64,000 nt of DNA, taken from Octopus sinensis (lineage: Eukaryota). The DNA lies in contig NW_021831840.1 of assembly GCF_006345805.1 (NCBI RefSeq), positions 1 through 64,000 on the forward strand. Direction: 5' to 3'. Position 1 is the stretch's first letter. The number at the start of each line of letters is the position of its first letter. The position numbers and the translations under genes were made by a program. A model generated the notes under the pieces. It saw nothing but the letters and a program-made list of their open reading frames with translations, was not told the DNA's origin and did not search any database. Below are positions 12,980-26,139 of this stretch, piece after piece.

Positions 12980-14000
12980 TTTTTATAGTTTTCCAACGAT
13001 AGCTAGTCTATTAATATCGATCTCGTAAGGGGCCTCATGATTGATCAACATATTCGTCGAACTAATTTGGACCCTGTCGTGCTGTAAAATCCCAACGACA
13101 GTATATTCAGTACAATCCAAATGTTCGTGGAATGGTCGACGGCGTGTTTGTTTGTATCTGATCTGTGTCGGTGTGGATGACCACTTTCGTCCCCAGAGGA
13201 AAGTCAAGGATATCATTCCTCCAATTAGATCGTCTCCTCATGGATTCAGCAGCACTATTAGTATTCCTCCTGGCAATATCTCGTAAATCTTCGGCTGATG
13301 CAGAAGCTACTACAAGTCGATCCATCTCGTTGTCGTTTGTTTCCACATCAAGTCCATGTAGTTTCTTGTTGAATTTGCTCGGTTCTTGCTCTTCATTGTA
13401 GTCAAGTTGATTGATGGAATCAATATATTCAATGAGTGCCTGAGTATGACCTCGAGCCATTTGTTCTCTAATCCGTGGGCCATACATCAAATGAACCGGA
13501 GAAACACCAGCAACCATTTATCACAGCACCCATTTTTCGCGCCACTATTTTGATGCGCTGTAATATCTTAGGTCCACAAGATCGATAATCAGCCTTTCTC
13601 GTGAAAACTTGGCATTATTGGAGTATTTGTCTCCTGGTTGCGAGCGTACGACGAGCTATGCAAGTTGTACATGCACTTAGAACATGATTCCATGTTCTAT
13701 GCTAATTCCATATGCCAAGTCTTCATATGATTGAATAATTTATTCGACCTGGATGCCCCGTATCCAGGTGACACAACCGGACATAATCATAAAGTTTTCT
13801 TGTTCTTCAACAGTAAAAAATCGGACAAAATGATCAACTCCACGTTAAACATAAGATTCGGCGGAAAGTGAATAAACTTACTCGCCGGAGCCTGAAGGAA
13901 CGAATTTCATTGGCGGTACTGAGTGTTGACGGTAAATTCGCATTGACTAGATAATCATAATCTGATCCCTTCATATTGCACATCGATAGATATCCCATGC
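12980..14000 (-). mobile_element. Ginger-like integrase element, internally deleted
   Basis: CTTC Zn-finger half, RERLIIDLVDLRYY, SPVHLMYG, and a C-terminus like the other Ginger copies. Catalytic core missing. Confidence 0.65.
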
Positions 14001-14340
14001 TCAAATAAAATTTATTATTTTTGCAAAAATAAAACATTTTCAAAAGAAAAATGATTATACTAAATAGACATATAAATTGCTTAATTTATTTATATTTGAA
14101 TACTACGCTCTATTACTACTACGATCGCTTTTCCTGGAACCCTATTTACTGCGACATTAATTAATCCAGAAGAGGCATTGAAGATGTTAATAATTAAAGA
14201 AATTTTATTATCAAATGAAATTTTGATTTAAGTTCACTGAATCAATTAACAACATGATCAGAACTTACCTATGAAGAAAAAACTATCGATGATTATTTTC
14301 ATTAATTTTTTTAAACAATTTGGGAATTTCTTAACTTTAG

Positions 14341-15830
14341 AATAGAATAGAATAGTGTTTATTGAGCGAAAAGAAAAAAGAAAAACAAGAAGAAATCATC
14401 GGCGGGAGATAAAAACAGGCACCGAAGTGTCTCTTTCCATGCGTATCCCCAATACTAGTCATGTTTGACGACAATTCTCCAAGACCATCCGGATCGTGGG
14501 CACAGAGGATTCTTGTGAGTCTTTAACCTTCCGTCGAGTTGTACTCCGTAAGCCAATTTCATAGCGAAACGTCTTGTCTTTTCCAACTGTTCGATCAGGT
14601 AGTCACTCTCCTCCGACCGTACCAGCCCTCGTAGCCATATGTGAGGACTGGCTGCACACACGTTTTGTATACGTAGATGTACGTTTCCGGATCCAGATGG
14701 AACCTGGTTAAGCTTTTGAGGATCCTCACACTCCTCTTTCTCTGATTTGCTATATGCTCTACGTATGAGCCACGACAGTTAATGGTTGCTCCCAGGTAAG
14801 AAAGATTTTTTCTTTCGAGAGATCCATCCATAGCTACTCATCGCATATGCACACGACTCCGCATAGCGACTCCCTCTCCGCAACCATGAAATGGTGCTCT
14901 CTCCGGTGCTAGGGTCAAACCCTTCTCTATAGTCCACATCTTTAACGTTGCAATGTATGATTTCAGTCGTCTCCAAGACTGCGATATCCTTTCGAGTATC
15001 CATGACCAGGAATCGTCAGCATAGATAACGAGCTTGCCAGTACGTGTCGACGGCAGAGGAATGTCCGCCAAGAAGAGGTTGAACAGAAGTGGACTCAAGA
15101 TAGATCCCTGCGGGACTCCCCTTCTAAGTTCCACACACCCCGATAAGCGGTTTCCACAGCGGACAAATGATTGTCTTCCTGACAAAAGCTCTCCAGCCAT
15201 CGATAGGTCTTTATCCCGGCTCCGATGTCATGGATTCTGGAGAGTAGCCCAGGTGCCACACGCTATCGAAGGCTTTGGCCAGATCCAGACACACCACCAG
15301 TTTAGCCATGCTTCATTTCTGTCAGCACGGGATAATTGGGTGTCTAACTCCCTGAGGCAGTCCCCTGTGGATCTTCCTCCACGAAATCCCCATTGTTCGG
15401 TAGAAGCAAATTTGTGAATCTATATGACCAGAGAGTCTGTTAAAGACAATCTTTTCCATTGTCTTAGAGAAAGCACAAATGAGGCTAATTGGCCGGTAGT
15501 TCTGTGCCAGCAGTGTCGATTTACCAGATTTTGGAATCATTCGAACAATCGTATGCTTCCACGCCGATGGAAGGTGTCCGAACGTCCAGCTGGCGTGAAA
15601 CAACATAGTCAATGCTCGTATCAAGATTTCAGGGGCCTTCTTTTAACAACTTCGGAGGGATGTAGTCGAAGCCAGGCGCCTTGTTCTTCAACCCAGCAAT
15701 TGCCCTTTCAACCTCTTCCTGTGTTATCGCCCCACATAATGGTCCCTCCGATAATTGCGAAGAGCCAAGCTTCTTCACAATTCGGTCATAAGTCCCTCGT
15801 GGAACGGTAGATTCGACCTCTTGAACCTTC
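14341..15830 (-). mobile_element. APE-RT LINE, RT and 3' end, degenerate
   Basis: WKHTIVRMIPK, YRPISL, GVPQGSILSPLLFN, IYADD. The minus strand ends in AATAAA plus an (ATTCT)n tail at 14341-14365. Confidence 0.9.
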
Positions 15831-15989
15831 TTAACTTTTCTACAATTTAAAATTATATCATTTTAGATTATTAATCAGAATTTAATTACATTTATAATTT
15901 TTAAATTATTTTCCTCCAGAGCCGGCTGAAACCGCTGGCAAACGGAAAGCAGGCAGACCCCCTTAACCGAAAAAGGTGGCGCTCCCACG

Positions 15990-16150
15990 GGAGGTCAGCC
16001 ACCCATGTCGGAAGGATTCCTTGCTCTGACAATTCTAAATGCCCGCTCGCTTGCGAGACGGGCATCGGAACTGAGGCTCCTGCTGGCCACAGCGAAGTCT
16101 TACATATTGATTATCAATGAGACTAAGCTGAAGGAAGCTATTTTTTTAGG
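15990..16150 (+). mobile_element. LINE endonuclease N-terminal fragment
   Basis: ILNARSLARRASEL..ILIINETKL, similar to the start of ORF2 at 39495. Confidence 0.6.
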
Positions 16151-16271
16151 ATACACAACTAGTATCCTCTATTTATCTAAACGAGGTGCATTTTCTACAA
16201 ACTTCAACAAAAATTTAAAAATTGTCTCAGAATTATACAAACAATAATTCATTTTTTTATTAAAAAACAAG

Positions 16272-16682
16272 TTATGTTTTTTCACCTCGAATTCTTCTCG
16301 ATAAATGCATATCGTTTGGCATTATAGTTACTCTTTTTCCGTGAATTGCGCACAAATTACTGTCTTCAAAAATTCCAACAAGGTAACTCTCTGCCGCTTC
16401 TTGAAGAGCGACAATCGCTGACGATTGAAAACGCAAATCAGTTTTGATAAACTGAGCGGTTTCTCTCACGAGTCTCTGGAATGGAAGTTTTCGTAGTAAC
16501 AAATCAGTGCTCTTTTGATATCGTCTAATTTCTCGCATTGCAACAACTCCTGGTCGAAATCGATGAGGTTTCTTTACCCCTCCAAATTGTGAAACAGACT
16601 TGAGAGCAGATTTTGCAGACAACTGTTTCCTTGGTACTTTTGCACCAGTAGATTTTCGAGCTGTTTGTTTAGTTCTAGCCAT
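16272..16682 (-). CDS. H3: Histone H3, divergent variant, intronless and intact (136 aa)
   Basis: [37 protein letters not shown]. Confidence 0.97.
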   Translation of the reverse strand: MARTKQTARKSTGAKVPRKQLSAKSALKSVSQFGGVKKPHRFRPGVVAMREIRRYQKSTDLLLRKLPFQRLVRETAQFIKTDLRFQSSAIVALQEAAESYLVGIFEDSNLCAIHGKRVTIMPNDMHLSRRIRGEKT

Positions 16683-16856
16683 ATTTTATTATTTCAGACA
16701 ACAATGACAATACCAGTAGTAAAAAAAGACATCATTCCGAAATTTTTTCGAGTGATGCAAAAAAGTATTATTCCGAAAATTTTTTGGTTCAATTACTCAT
16801 CATTATTTTTTTTATCTTAAATCAATTATTAATGCTAAAAAATTTGACATGTTCAG

Positions 16857-17065
16857 TCTTTTGGCATGTTCAGTGTAAGAAATACAATCACGAACAGTTT
16901 GCTCAATAAAAATTTTAAGGACAGAACGTGTCTCCTCGTAAATTTTTTCAGAAATTCTTCGAACACCTCCTCTTTGACATAGTCTTCTTATTGCTGGCTT
17001 AGTATTCCTTGTATATTGTCAATTAATATCTTTTGAAATCGTTTTGCACCACTTTTTCTTCCATT
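16857..17065 (-). pseudogene. H4: Histone H4, divergent, frameshifted and C-terminally truncated (missed by the ORF track)
   Basis: [17 protein letters not shown] / (1-nt deletion near 17003) [49 protein letters not shown]. Confidence 0.85.
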
Positions 17066-17809
17066 CCTTGTATATTTAATTTTCTATTTATAATTTTCAT
17101 AAGCTTAACCAGGTTCCATTTGGATCCGGAAACGTTTTCTTTCGGTTTCTGATCAATAAACATTCCATTCTATTCCATTTTAAAAAGTATTAAAAAGTAA
17201 ACTAGCTGAATTTAACAAAAATTAAATTTTATTATTTATTTTTTAAAAATTTTAAATTTCCTGACTTAATTAGGATAAATTACATATCACGTGTTATGTA
17301 CAGTTTGCTGTTATGTTATTTTTTTGTTGTGCTTGTGGTTGTTAATTCTGGTTTTATTTTTTCTTGCAATTAATACTTTATTTTTATAAATTTTTGTTTT
17401 TTTATTTGTTTGAAGATTATTTAAATTGACTACTGGTAAAATATTTTCTATAAAGTTTATTTTGCAAGTAAATTTGTATTCATTTCATCAATTAATAATC
17501 TTCATTCATAAGGATTTCTTGATATAAATTTATTTTTATCTAGTATTTTATTGTTTATTTTGATTTTTTGGTATTTCGATTTTTTAAGTTTTTATTGTGT
17601 ACTTTTTATTGTGATAGTTCATTCCTTAAAAGTAAAAATTTCTGCTGATATTTTTCTTAGCAAATTATGATTAACTTTATTATATTGATATTTATCCGTG
17701 TGATAATGTGTGAATGCTGATTTTAGAACGGGTATACTCTCATGGTAAATATTTGCTTTTTCTATCTCCTTCATGATACACCTCTTTGTCCTCTTTTCTT
17801 CATAATTCT

Positions 17810-20616
17810 TGTGGCGCGCCATAACTGAAACGGCCGCCAGACGTGTAACATTTTGACCTTGAGAAAACCGCATAATGACCTTGAAACTTTGAAATAAAAA
17901 ACAAGGAAACAACAAATACCCCAAGATTTCGAGATCGGCAGTGGAAGTATGTCTCAGATCGGGCAAAAGGCCTCGAAACTGAGAAAAAATGTTTTGAAAA
18001 CTAACACCATCGATGTTAACATTTACGATTTCAGATTTGAGAGAATTAATTTCGAGACCAATGGATGATAAAGCTGGGATTAGAGATTCCAAGTCCTTTA
18101 TCAAAATATCGGGCGGACCACCAATAGTACAATCATCCAAATACCAAATATTCTGAGGCGACAAATTCTTACGGGTAATAAAATCCACGGAAAGGGCAAA
18201 TAATAATGGGCCCAAAGGATCGCCTTGTTGTACACCACAAGAAGAGGAAATAAAGGAATCACCTGCAGCCAAAAGGCTCGGGTATCCATATGAAAGAAAA
18301 ACAAATGGCAGCAATGAAGGAATTCTGTCTTTACAAACCTCAAGTAGATGCTCTCTGTTGAGAGAATTGAACGCATTTTTAACATCCAATTTTAGCAGTA
18401 GCCGGGGCTTTTCAGAGAGGTTAGTCGAATCAATAAAACACCGGGATGCGTGGACCGAGGCCTCGCAACCGCCAGGCACGCCAAACCAAACTGAATGGGC
18501 TGGAGTTCGTCACTAATAGACGGAATTACCAGTTTGCACGCGACTTTTGCAAACAAACGCGGAAAACATTTCCGACGGCAATAGGCCTAATGCCGCCGTC
18601 TTTTTTCTCCAACGCTGTCAGGTTCGCAGAGAAGAAAAGCAATCTAGCATGTTCAGACATATCCCTGCAGATGAATAAGTTACATAGCATGGTGATAGAA
18701 TGTGAAAGACAGTTTCCGGCCTCGGCAGTATCGGAAATGAGGTCGATTAAGTAAATGGGACGGAGACCGTCAACACCACCATTACTATTGCCTCTGAAAG
18801 ATTTCAATGCAAACAAAAGTTGCTGGACAGACGAAGAAGCAATCGGGACCCCCTCTGGAGTTTGGGCACAAAAATTAGGCACATTGCCAGTCGGGTGCTT
18901 AGAGCTGAGAATTTTGACTACATCCGGAGTAATGGTGCGGACGGAATCGGAAGATGAAAGAATGCGGACCGCAGAACCGACGTCGTGCGCCATTAAGCAG
19001 GTTATCATTCTCTTATTTGGACAATAGCTGAAGTTCCTTTAAATTTAATTTATTTTTATGTTAATACAGAAGAGATTTTCTGATCAAATAAAGCCTTACC
19101 TACCTAACGGCCTTCGGCCGAAATTTTTAAGATAGCTACTATTCCCCTATGCGGCCTTCGGCCGCGGCATTTTTGATACAGATACTATCTCAACATACTT
19201 TCAATCTACTATTTTTCAATTTGTACAGGGATTTATTAAAAATAATTTTAAAACAATTTATTTAAATTTTTTTAATTTGAGAGTAAAAACCGTTTTTTCG
19301 GTTCCATCTTCATTTTCTATCATTATTCTATTTTGGGAAATTAATTCTTTGATAGTAAAAGTTTTTTCGAAGAAAAAAGATTCTAATTTCCTTTTTTTAG
19401 TTTTTTGATTCGTATCAAAATCTTTTTTTAATAGTACGTGATCTCCAACTTTAAAATTTTCGATTTGTCAATTTTGGAGTGAACTATTTCTTTCCATACG
19501 AGAAATGTATGATTCATTTGTAATGTCTTCTGTTTCAGTTTCCTCTAAGCTTGCTTCCTGGTCAAAGTAGGAAACATTATATCCTCGCGTATTAAAAAAT
19601 GACATAAATGGTGATAGTTTAGTTGCAGAATGTACAGAAATATTGTATCTATATACTACATTGCTTAATGCAGCAGTCCATATCTTTTCTTTTCCAAATA
19701 GTTCTTTTGAAGCCATCTGCAGAGAGTTTGGTTGCAACGCTCTACTTGGCCTTGAGACTCGGGATGCCTTGGTCGTCCTCTCTTATGGATTATTTTAAAT
19801 TGTTGGCATAAGGAATCTATTTCCGAATTCACAAATTCTTTTCCATTGTCAGTTTGGATTATTTTTGGGGGGCCATAAGATTCAAAAATACGTCTTAGGG
19901 ACTCTGATACTGTAACAGCTTCCTTATTGAGAATAGCTCTTACAAAACAGAATTTGGAATAAATGTCGATTACATTCATTAGATACTTATATGAATTATT
20001 TAAAGAAGAATAAAGTGATAGATCAACCAAATCAATCTGGTACCTAGAATAAATGATTAAAGAAACCGTTCTCGTGGTGATTTTGCTACAATACGAACAA
20101 TTGTAGACTTATTTTTAATCAATGGATCAGTTTGTTTGCATTTTGGGCACATAGAAGTTACTTCTCTGATTATGAATCTTTTTATAAGAAGAAAATTATT
20201 TCTGCAGTATTCTTCCATCTTGTTTAATCCAAGTGAAACTGAGAATGAATCCGATCACAATGATATTTCATTGTTTCGTGATCATTCAAACAAATTACTT
20301 GCTTATTTTCACCATTTATTTCATTAAAATAAAGTGTTCCTGAAATGAGATAGGAAAATACCTCCGATTAAAATGAAATTCTTGCATTTTTGTAAAAATC
20401 TTGATCTTTGTGTTCTTGACAATCGCTCTGGAAATTTCTCATGTTGTAAATACTGAAGAATATCATTATATTCATTATCATCTTTGACTGCATTAGCTAT
20501 TCTCATTTACAAAAATAATAATTACCGGCAGACAACAATTAAATGACATTTGAAGGTTAAAATGCAAGGCCAAATTGTTACACGTCTGGCGCCCGTTTCA
20601 GTTATGGCGCGTGACA
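17810..20616 (-). mobile_element. Ginger-type DNA transposon with 41-bp TIRs, interrupted by a CRE insertion
   Basis: TIRs at 17810-17850 and 20576-20616 (3 mismatches). Integrase VDLSLY..IDIYSKF..IQTDNGKEF..HPESQGQVERCN at 19468-20506. Confidence 0.85.
17880..19030 (-). mobile_element. CRE-like reverse transcriptase fragment nested in the Ginger element
   Basis: GGIRPIAVG, LKLDVKNAFNS, GVQQGDPLGPLLF, WYLDD. Confidence 0.9.
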
Positions 20617-20829
20617 CTTATTAGCAGTTACGTAAGAATTACATAATTTGCAGAATGATTTTCCATCCAGTGAAGATGAAAACTCCTTAGGATATTTTTT
20701 AACAATAGAAGAAATTCGCTTAGTGTTGGAACTCCTGTTTTTAGGCATTGTAAAAAAACAGTCAACAAAACCGAAGAAACGTGCACTATGAAATTATATT
20801 TATTTTTTTTGCATTTTTTTTTATTTAAA

Positions 20830-21870
20830 AAAACAACTAACACCGAAAATCGTTAAGTTCCAGCGGCGAGGACGCAGTGTGCGTTGCCCCGAACAATGGC
20901 CAGGCCGATGCGCTGGCGGAACCAGAGGCCCTCTCTCGAGTCCTTGAGCCTCTTCCCGATGGACTTCCCGACCTCTTTGAGGAACGAGTCAGTCTCCTTT
21001 CCCGCGGTTCCAGGGCGATTGGCGTAACGCGGTAGCGGTCCGCGAGCGAAGAATATTTTTATCTTTTCAGCGTGGTTTGCAGCCGAACAAGTGTTCGCGG
21101 CGGAAGAATGGATCCTCGACTTTGAAAAGATATCCACAACGGTAACATCCCATACGAGGGCCTTCCCTGACAAGTACGGGAATATTGCCATCCCGTCAGG
21201 CCTTTTGCCGTCTCCCCGATCGAGTTTGACCGGTTCGAGGAGGCACGAATGGCCTGCCGATTCGAGACCGGCCTTCACGATTCCATTGAGGGCCTTGTGT
21301 CTGTGTTCCCTGCCTGCGCTCCTCTTGCAGGAAAGTGGGTGTAGTCCCTTTTCGTCAACGTCCTTACTGCATCTGCAGCGGTATTTTACGCAAACATCCA
21401 GGCCGAGATGGTGAGCGACTCCGAATCGTATGGCAGCATCGTCTAACCACGTCCCGATACTGGAGAGAGGGAGAGCATTCAGCCAGTTGCCAGAGTGAGG
21501 GGCGGATGCCGCACGAAGGCATGGCAGGCGATGTTGGTCAAGGGTTGCCGAGAGCTCAGACACACACGTTCGGCATGCGATAGTGTCCCAGGCACCTTTG
21601 GGAGGAGAAATCACCAGGCCTCTCAGAAAAGGAGCGATCCCAGGAAATAAGCCCATCCGACAAAGCACCGTCCAGGCAAGATCAGAAAGGTTTGAGTAGG
21701 ATCTCAGAGGCCAGGTTGTTGCACATCGAAAGGGAGGATAGATATGCCGGAAGTGCCACATCGGATGCAGTGCGGATTCCCGCACCTCCAAATCTCAATG
21801 GAGCGAGCATTGGGCCCATCCAGGACCATCGAGGTGTACATTGAGGACGGATTCATTGAGGAAGAATACA
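20830..21870 (-). mobile_element. CRE-like element 3' part (post-RT region, CCHC, REL)
   Basis: GGAGIRTASDVALPAYLSS, SGNWLNALP, CRC..GLHPLSC, RHKALN, DGKRPDG, LVWDVT, GNAHCVLAAGT*. Confidence 0.9.
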
Positions 21871-22214
21871 GCAAGACTCGACGTTACCAGGTCTTGATTA
21901 AATTCCGTCATCCTGTTCAGAGTGTTTATTATAGCCTTGTCATTCTTTATGTATTTCTATTTTAATTCGACTGTAAAGGGTCTATACTTCCTTGCGAAAG
22001 TTCCAACTTCCATTTTTAACATTCATGTTCAGCAAGATTGGCCCTCCGCTCATGTAGACCTTTTGATAGTTTGGATTTTCCCAGTCTTCGTCTTTTGGTT
22101 TCAAGAATTCCCCTAAAGGGATGGTACGAGGTTTCGTGTCAACGCACACTGCGTCCTTGCCGCAGGGACTTAACGCTTTTCTTCTATCTCTTTGTTTTAA
22201 TATCACAAATTTTT

Positions 22215-23170
22215 TTTATAATGAATTGTGTAATAAAAGAAAACAGAGAGAAAAGAGAGTTAACAAGAGGACTTCCTTGCCTCGTAGATGGAGAAACAGT
22301 TTCCACGCACAATGGCAAGGGAAATCCTCTAAAGGAGCCATCCGCACTCACGCGTGTCGTTTCTCTTGCGAGAAATCAGACGACCCAGCTTTTTGAGGAA
22401 AATGAGTGACCTGTCACCGATTACGCCAGAGGTCTCCACGGCGATCGGGGTAAACAGATAGCGTTCCGAGAGATTGTGTACTTTGAAATCTTTAATTCTT
22501 CTGCTCTGCAAGAAGCAGGGCCAGCTGCGACAGCTGAAGGAGGAAGATTTTGTTCGGAAAAAGTGTCTGAGCAAGTTGAATCCCATATCAGCGATGGTAG
22601 AGGGGATGGCAAACGCCCTGACGGCATGTCCACCTCCCCTACGAGCAGGGGAAATCCCTTATTTGGGATTCTACCTGCTCGGACACGTTCTCGCTGGGAA
22701 ATCTCGCGCTGTCCGCCGCCAATCCTGGGCACGCTTCCAGGCAGGCCGAGGAGCGAAAGATTCTCAAGTACGGCCACCTGTCCAACTCGCTGCTCTTTAC
22801 TCCAATTGCCTTGGAGTCCTCCGGGATCTTCGGTCCCAAGACACTCCGCTTCCTTCGCTCGCTCGGTCGACGGATTTCAAGGACTAGTCACGATCCAAGA
22901 GAGTTTTCTTGGCTCCTGGAACGTCTGTCGATTGCTGTGATCCGAGGGAACGTCTTCGCCATTCGCGCGGCTGGTCGGGTGTCTCGTGAGGCCTTTAACT
23001 AACTTAGCTATCTGTAATTTGTCTTGTTTGTATAAATTAAATTTATTGAAAAAAAAAAAAAAAAAAAAAAAAAATATCAGCGATTTTCCAAACTCGAATG
23101 GGAAGGTGAATAGACCGTCAGGCCTCTTTCCGTCTCCCCTAGCAAGCCAAACTGGTTCCCCTAGCAAGCC
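22215..23170 (-). mobile_element. CRE-like REL 3' fragment split by an antisense CRE insertion
   Basis: LARGDGKRPDGLFTFPFEFGKSLI (23075-23170) continues as WDSTCSDTF..PIAVETSG..LAIVRGN (below 22595). Confidence 0.8.
22596..23073 (+). mobile_element. 5'-truncated CRE-like element with poly-A tail and 11-bp TSD
   Basis: GDGKRPDG..WDSTCSDT..LESSGIFGPK..IAVIRGN, poly-A at ~23049-23073, TSD ATATCAGCGAT at 22585-22595 and 23074-23084. Confidence 0.88.
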
Positions 23171-23279
23171 CAATATCACAAATTATGATAACATTATAAA
23201 ACAATCGTTGGTATTATGGAATCATATAATCCAATTCCTCGCAATAACCGTATTTAATTTTGATTATTTTCACAAACTC

Positions 23280-24241
23280 TTTTAAATTGAAAAAATTATA
23301 ATCTTACAAAGTGGCCTTTGAGCCTATAAGAAGCACAGTCTATAAGAAACATTTTCCAAATGAATCTACTATCCGACGCTATTCCTTTTCCACGACTCAA
23401 TTTTGTATCAACAAAAGACAATCATACATTCTAGTTTTTTTTATAGTCAACGACTGAATATATGCAAAAATCTCTCATTCCTATTTAATGATCTTTCGTA
23501 CTTCATAAACTTTGAAGTCACAGGTGGATCCCACTTAAGTAAAATCTTCACTTTTGCTTGATCTATCAGCTCCAACTCTTTAGATAGGAGATCATATTTT
23601 CTGAGCTTCTCGTTCTTCACTTGAAAAAGTCATTGGGCAGATCTTATCCAAACATTGATCAGAAAAATGAGATTCGTTTTTTACCAAGGACAAGAAGTGC
23701 AAATTGTTATGCTATACAATTAAGAAATTTAAACAAAAAAATAATCAAAATTGAGCTAAACTAATAATTAGACGATTCTCAAATTTTTGCTTTCCAAGTT
23801 CCCCATGACTCCACTTTGATCTTCCCCGCCATTATCCTCAATCTCCTCCTGGTGCGTGTAGTCTTTGGGTCTCTTAAGGGACTTGCTGATCTTCATAGAG
23901 AAATTATATTTCCGCCAGTCCCTATTTACGGAATTTGCAGAGTCCAGGATTTCACTGAAGCCATGCTTGTACTCGACAAACATGCTCTCCAGAGTGGCCT
24001 TCAGCGTTACAGTCTGGATGTAAGACCGAACACGTTCTTCAATCCCAAGGAGCTCCATGTACTTGCGGTAGATTGTTGAGACGATTCCATTCCACGTAAT
24101 AACAATTGGCACAATCTTCACCCTAGCCTTGTGAATCAGTTGTAATTCACTAGCTAAAATGTCGTATTTGTGCAGTTTTTCTACTTCCACACTCTTTAAG
24201 TTATCTATTGAAGTCACAAACACTTCAATAAGCCATATTAG
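23280..24241 (-). mobile_element. Two R4/Dong-like REL C-terminal fragments in tandem
   Basis: EVEKLHKYDILASEL..VPIVITWNG..YIQ..TLESM, and a second copy EKLRKYDLLSKEL. The first continues past the hAT at ~26086-26110 (DKRENLIWLIEV). Confidence 0.8.
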
Positions 24242-26077
24242 TAGGGCAACATAAGTCAATAAAGTCAACTTCAATCCAGAGTTAGACTTAAGTCTAAAAA
24301 TAATGATTAAATTAAAATAAAGTCAAAAAAAAGTTTATATAAAAAGTTCTTTAGGTCAATTTGGTCAACTTTTTAGATTTTCAGGTCAATTTTTTTAATT
24401 AGGTCAATTTTTAAATAAAAATTTAAATAATATTCTTTAAAGCATCAAAATAAATTTAAAATAGTCGCAGTGACATTTGTCTCTTATTGTAACAAATTTT
24501 AAACTAAATTATAGTGTATTTATGCCTAAAAATAAACCTTCGGATTTTAAAAAAGCTAAAAATATTTGTGAAAAATATCCTAAAGAGTTTACAATTACAC
24601 CAAATGGAATGCTTTTTTGTAAATTATGTGAGTTACATGTGACATGCAAGAAACAATTTTTTGTGAACAAACACAGGGAAACACAGAAACACTCTTCCCG
24701 AACAAATAATATATCCACAAATAAAAAACAATTGAATATTGTTCCTCCAAATTATGTCTTCAGAAATTTTGCAACAGACGTAACAGAAGCATTTGTATCC
24801 GCAAACATTCCGCTCTATAAATTGAGAAATCGAGCAATTATCAACTTATTTGGAAGTATCGGGCATCCACTTCCTTCAGAGTTTACTTGCCGCAATATGG
24901 TAGAAATTTTAGCACAACAAAAGATATCTAAAATAATTAATTTAATTTCAAATAAGAAAGTTAGTCTATTGGAATAGTATAATTGTTAAGGTTTTTTTGA
25001 TTGTGGACGAAACTGATGTTGGGAGAAACAAATTTGTGAATTGTCTAGTTGGAACGTTAGAAAATCCGCAAAGATCTTACCTAATAGATTGTATAAAAAT
25101 TGATTCCTCTCCGAATTCTTCTAAATAATTGATGACACTATTCGGAAAATGAATGTTGAAAGAAACAATTTTTCTCTCCTTATTACCGATGCTCCTCCAT
25201 ATATGGTTTCTGCAGGAAATACTCTCAAGCTATTATATTCCACTCTATACCATATCACATGTTTTGCTAATTTAGTGCATAATTGTGCACTTAAAATAAA
25301 AGTATATTATCCCGAAGTTGATAAATTGATTGCTTGTATCAAAGCACTTGTTGTAAAAAACAATTATCGAAGACAATTGTTTAAGGAAATTGGGTACCCA
25401 CCAGAACCAATAGTTACGAGATGGGGAAGCTGGCTTAAAGCTGTTTCTTACTATGCTACAAACCTGCCAAATGTTATTCAAGTATGCACTTCCTTAGAAG
25501 GAAATTCTTTGCTCATTAAAAGAGCGAAAGAATGTTTATTTAATGAACAACTTCATGAAGATCTAACGACGATAATATCACAATATTCACCTTTATTACA
25601 TTTGCTTGATGATTTAGAATCGACCAATTTTACTATAAAAAAAGCATTCAATTATTTGAAAACATTGGATTTTAAAGAAGACGTGTGTGGAATAAAAAAT
25701 CAAAAGGATGAATTCCAATGATATCACAAAAATTATGAATTTCGATAATCATTCCATTTCACCTTTAGATTATTCTTTGTTGATTGAATGTCAGGCAACT
25801 TCGTGCGCAGTAGAACGATCATTTTCGATTCTTAACAAAATCTTAACCAAGGATAAGAATTTTAAAGTGGATAATGTAAAATATTACTTAATTGTAAATA
25901 ACTCGATAAACGATGAATAAAATTACTTTAAATTTTCATAAACGTAGTTTATATATGAAAATAAAGTAGTATTTTTACGGTCAATTATTTGGTCAATTTT
26001 TAAAATTTTAAGGTCAATTACATTGACTTTTTAAGGGCAATTTTTTTTTTTTTTAAGTCAATAAAAATGTTGCTCTA
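24242..26077 (+). mobile_element. hAT transposon, full-length ends, disrupted transposase
   Basis: TIRs TAGGGCAACAT / TAGAGCAACAT, 8-bp TSD CATATTAG (24234-24241, 26078-26085), GGTCAATTT subterminal repeats, C..C, ITDAPPYM, HITCFANLVH, TRWGSW, VERSFS. Confidence 0.9.
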
Positions 26078-26139
26078 CATATTAGGTTCTCTCTTTTGTC
26101 GAGGCTGGAAAAGACCAGACTTGGCAGCACAATTCCGAG

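Noticed and set aside
21982-22206. 74-aa ORF as a novel gene
   Set aside because: Its first third is the antisense of a CRE C-terminus (NAHCVLAAGT*), so it is chimeric.
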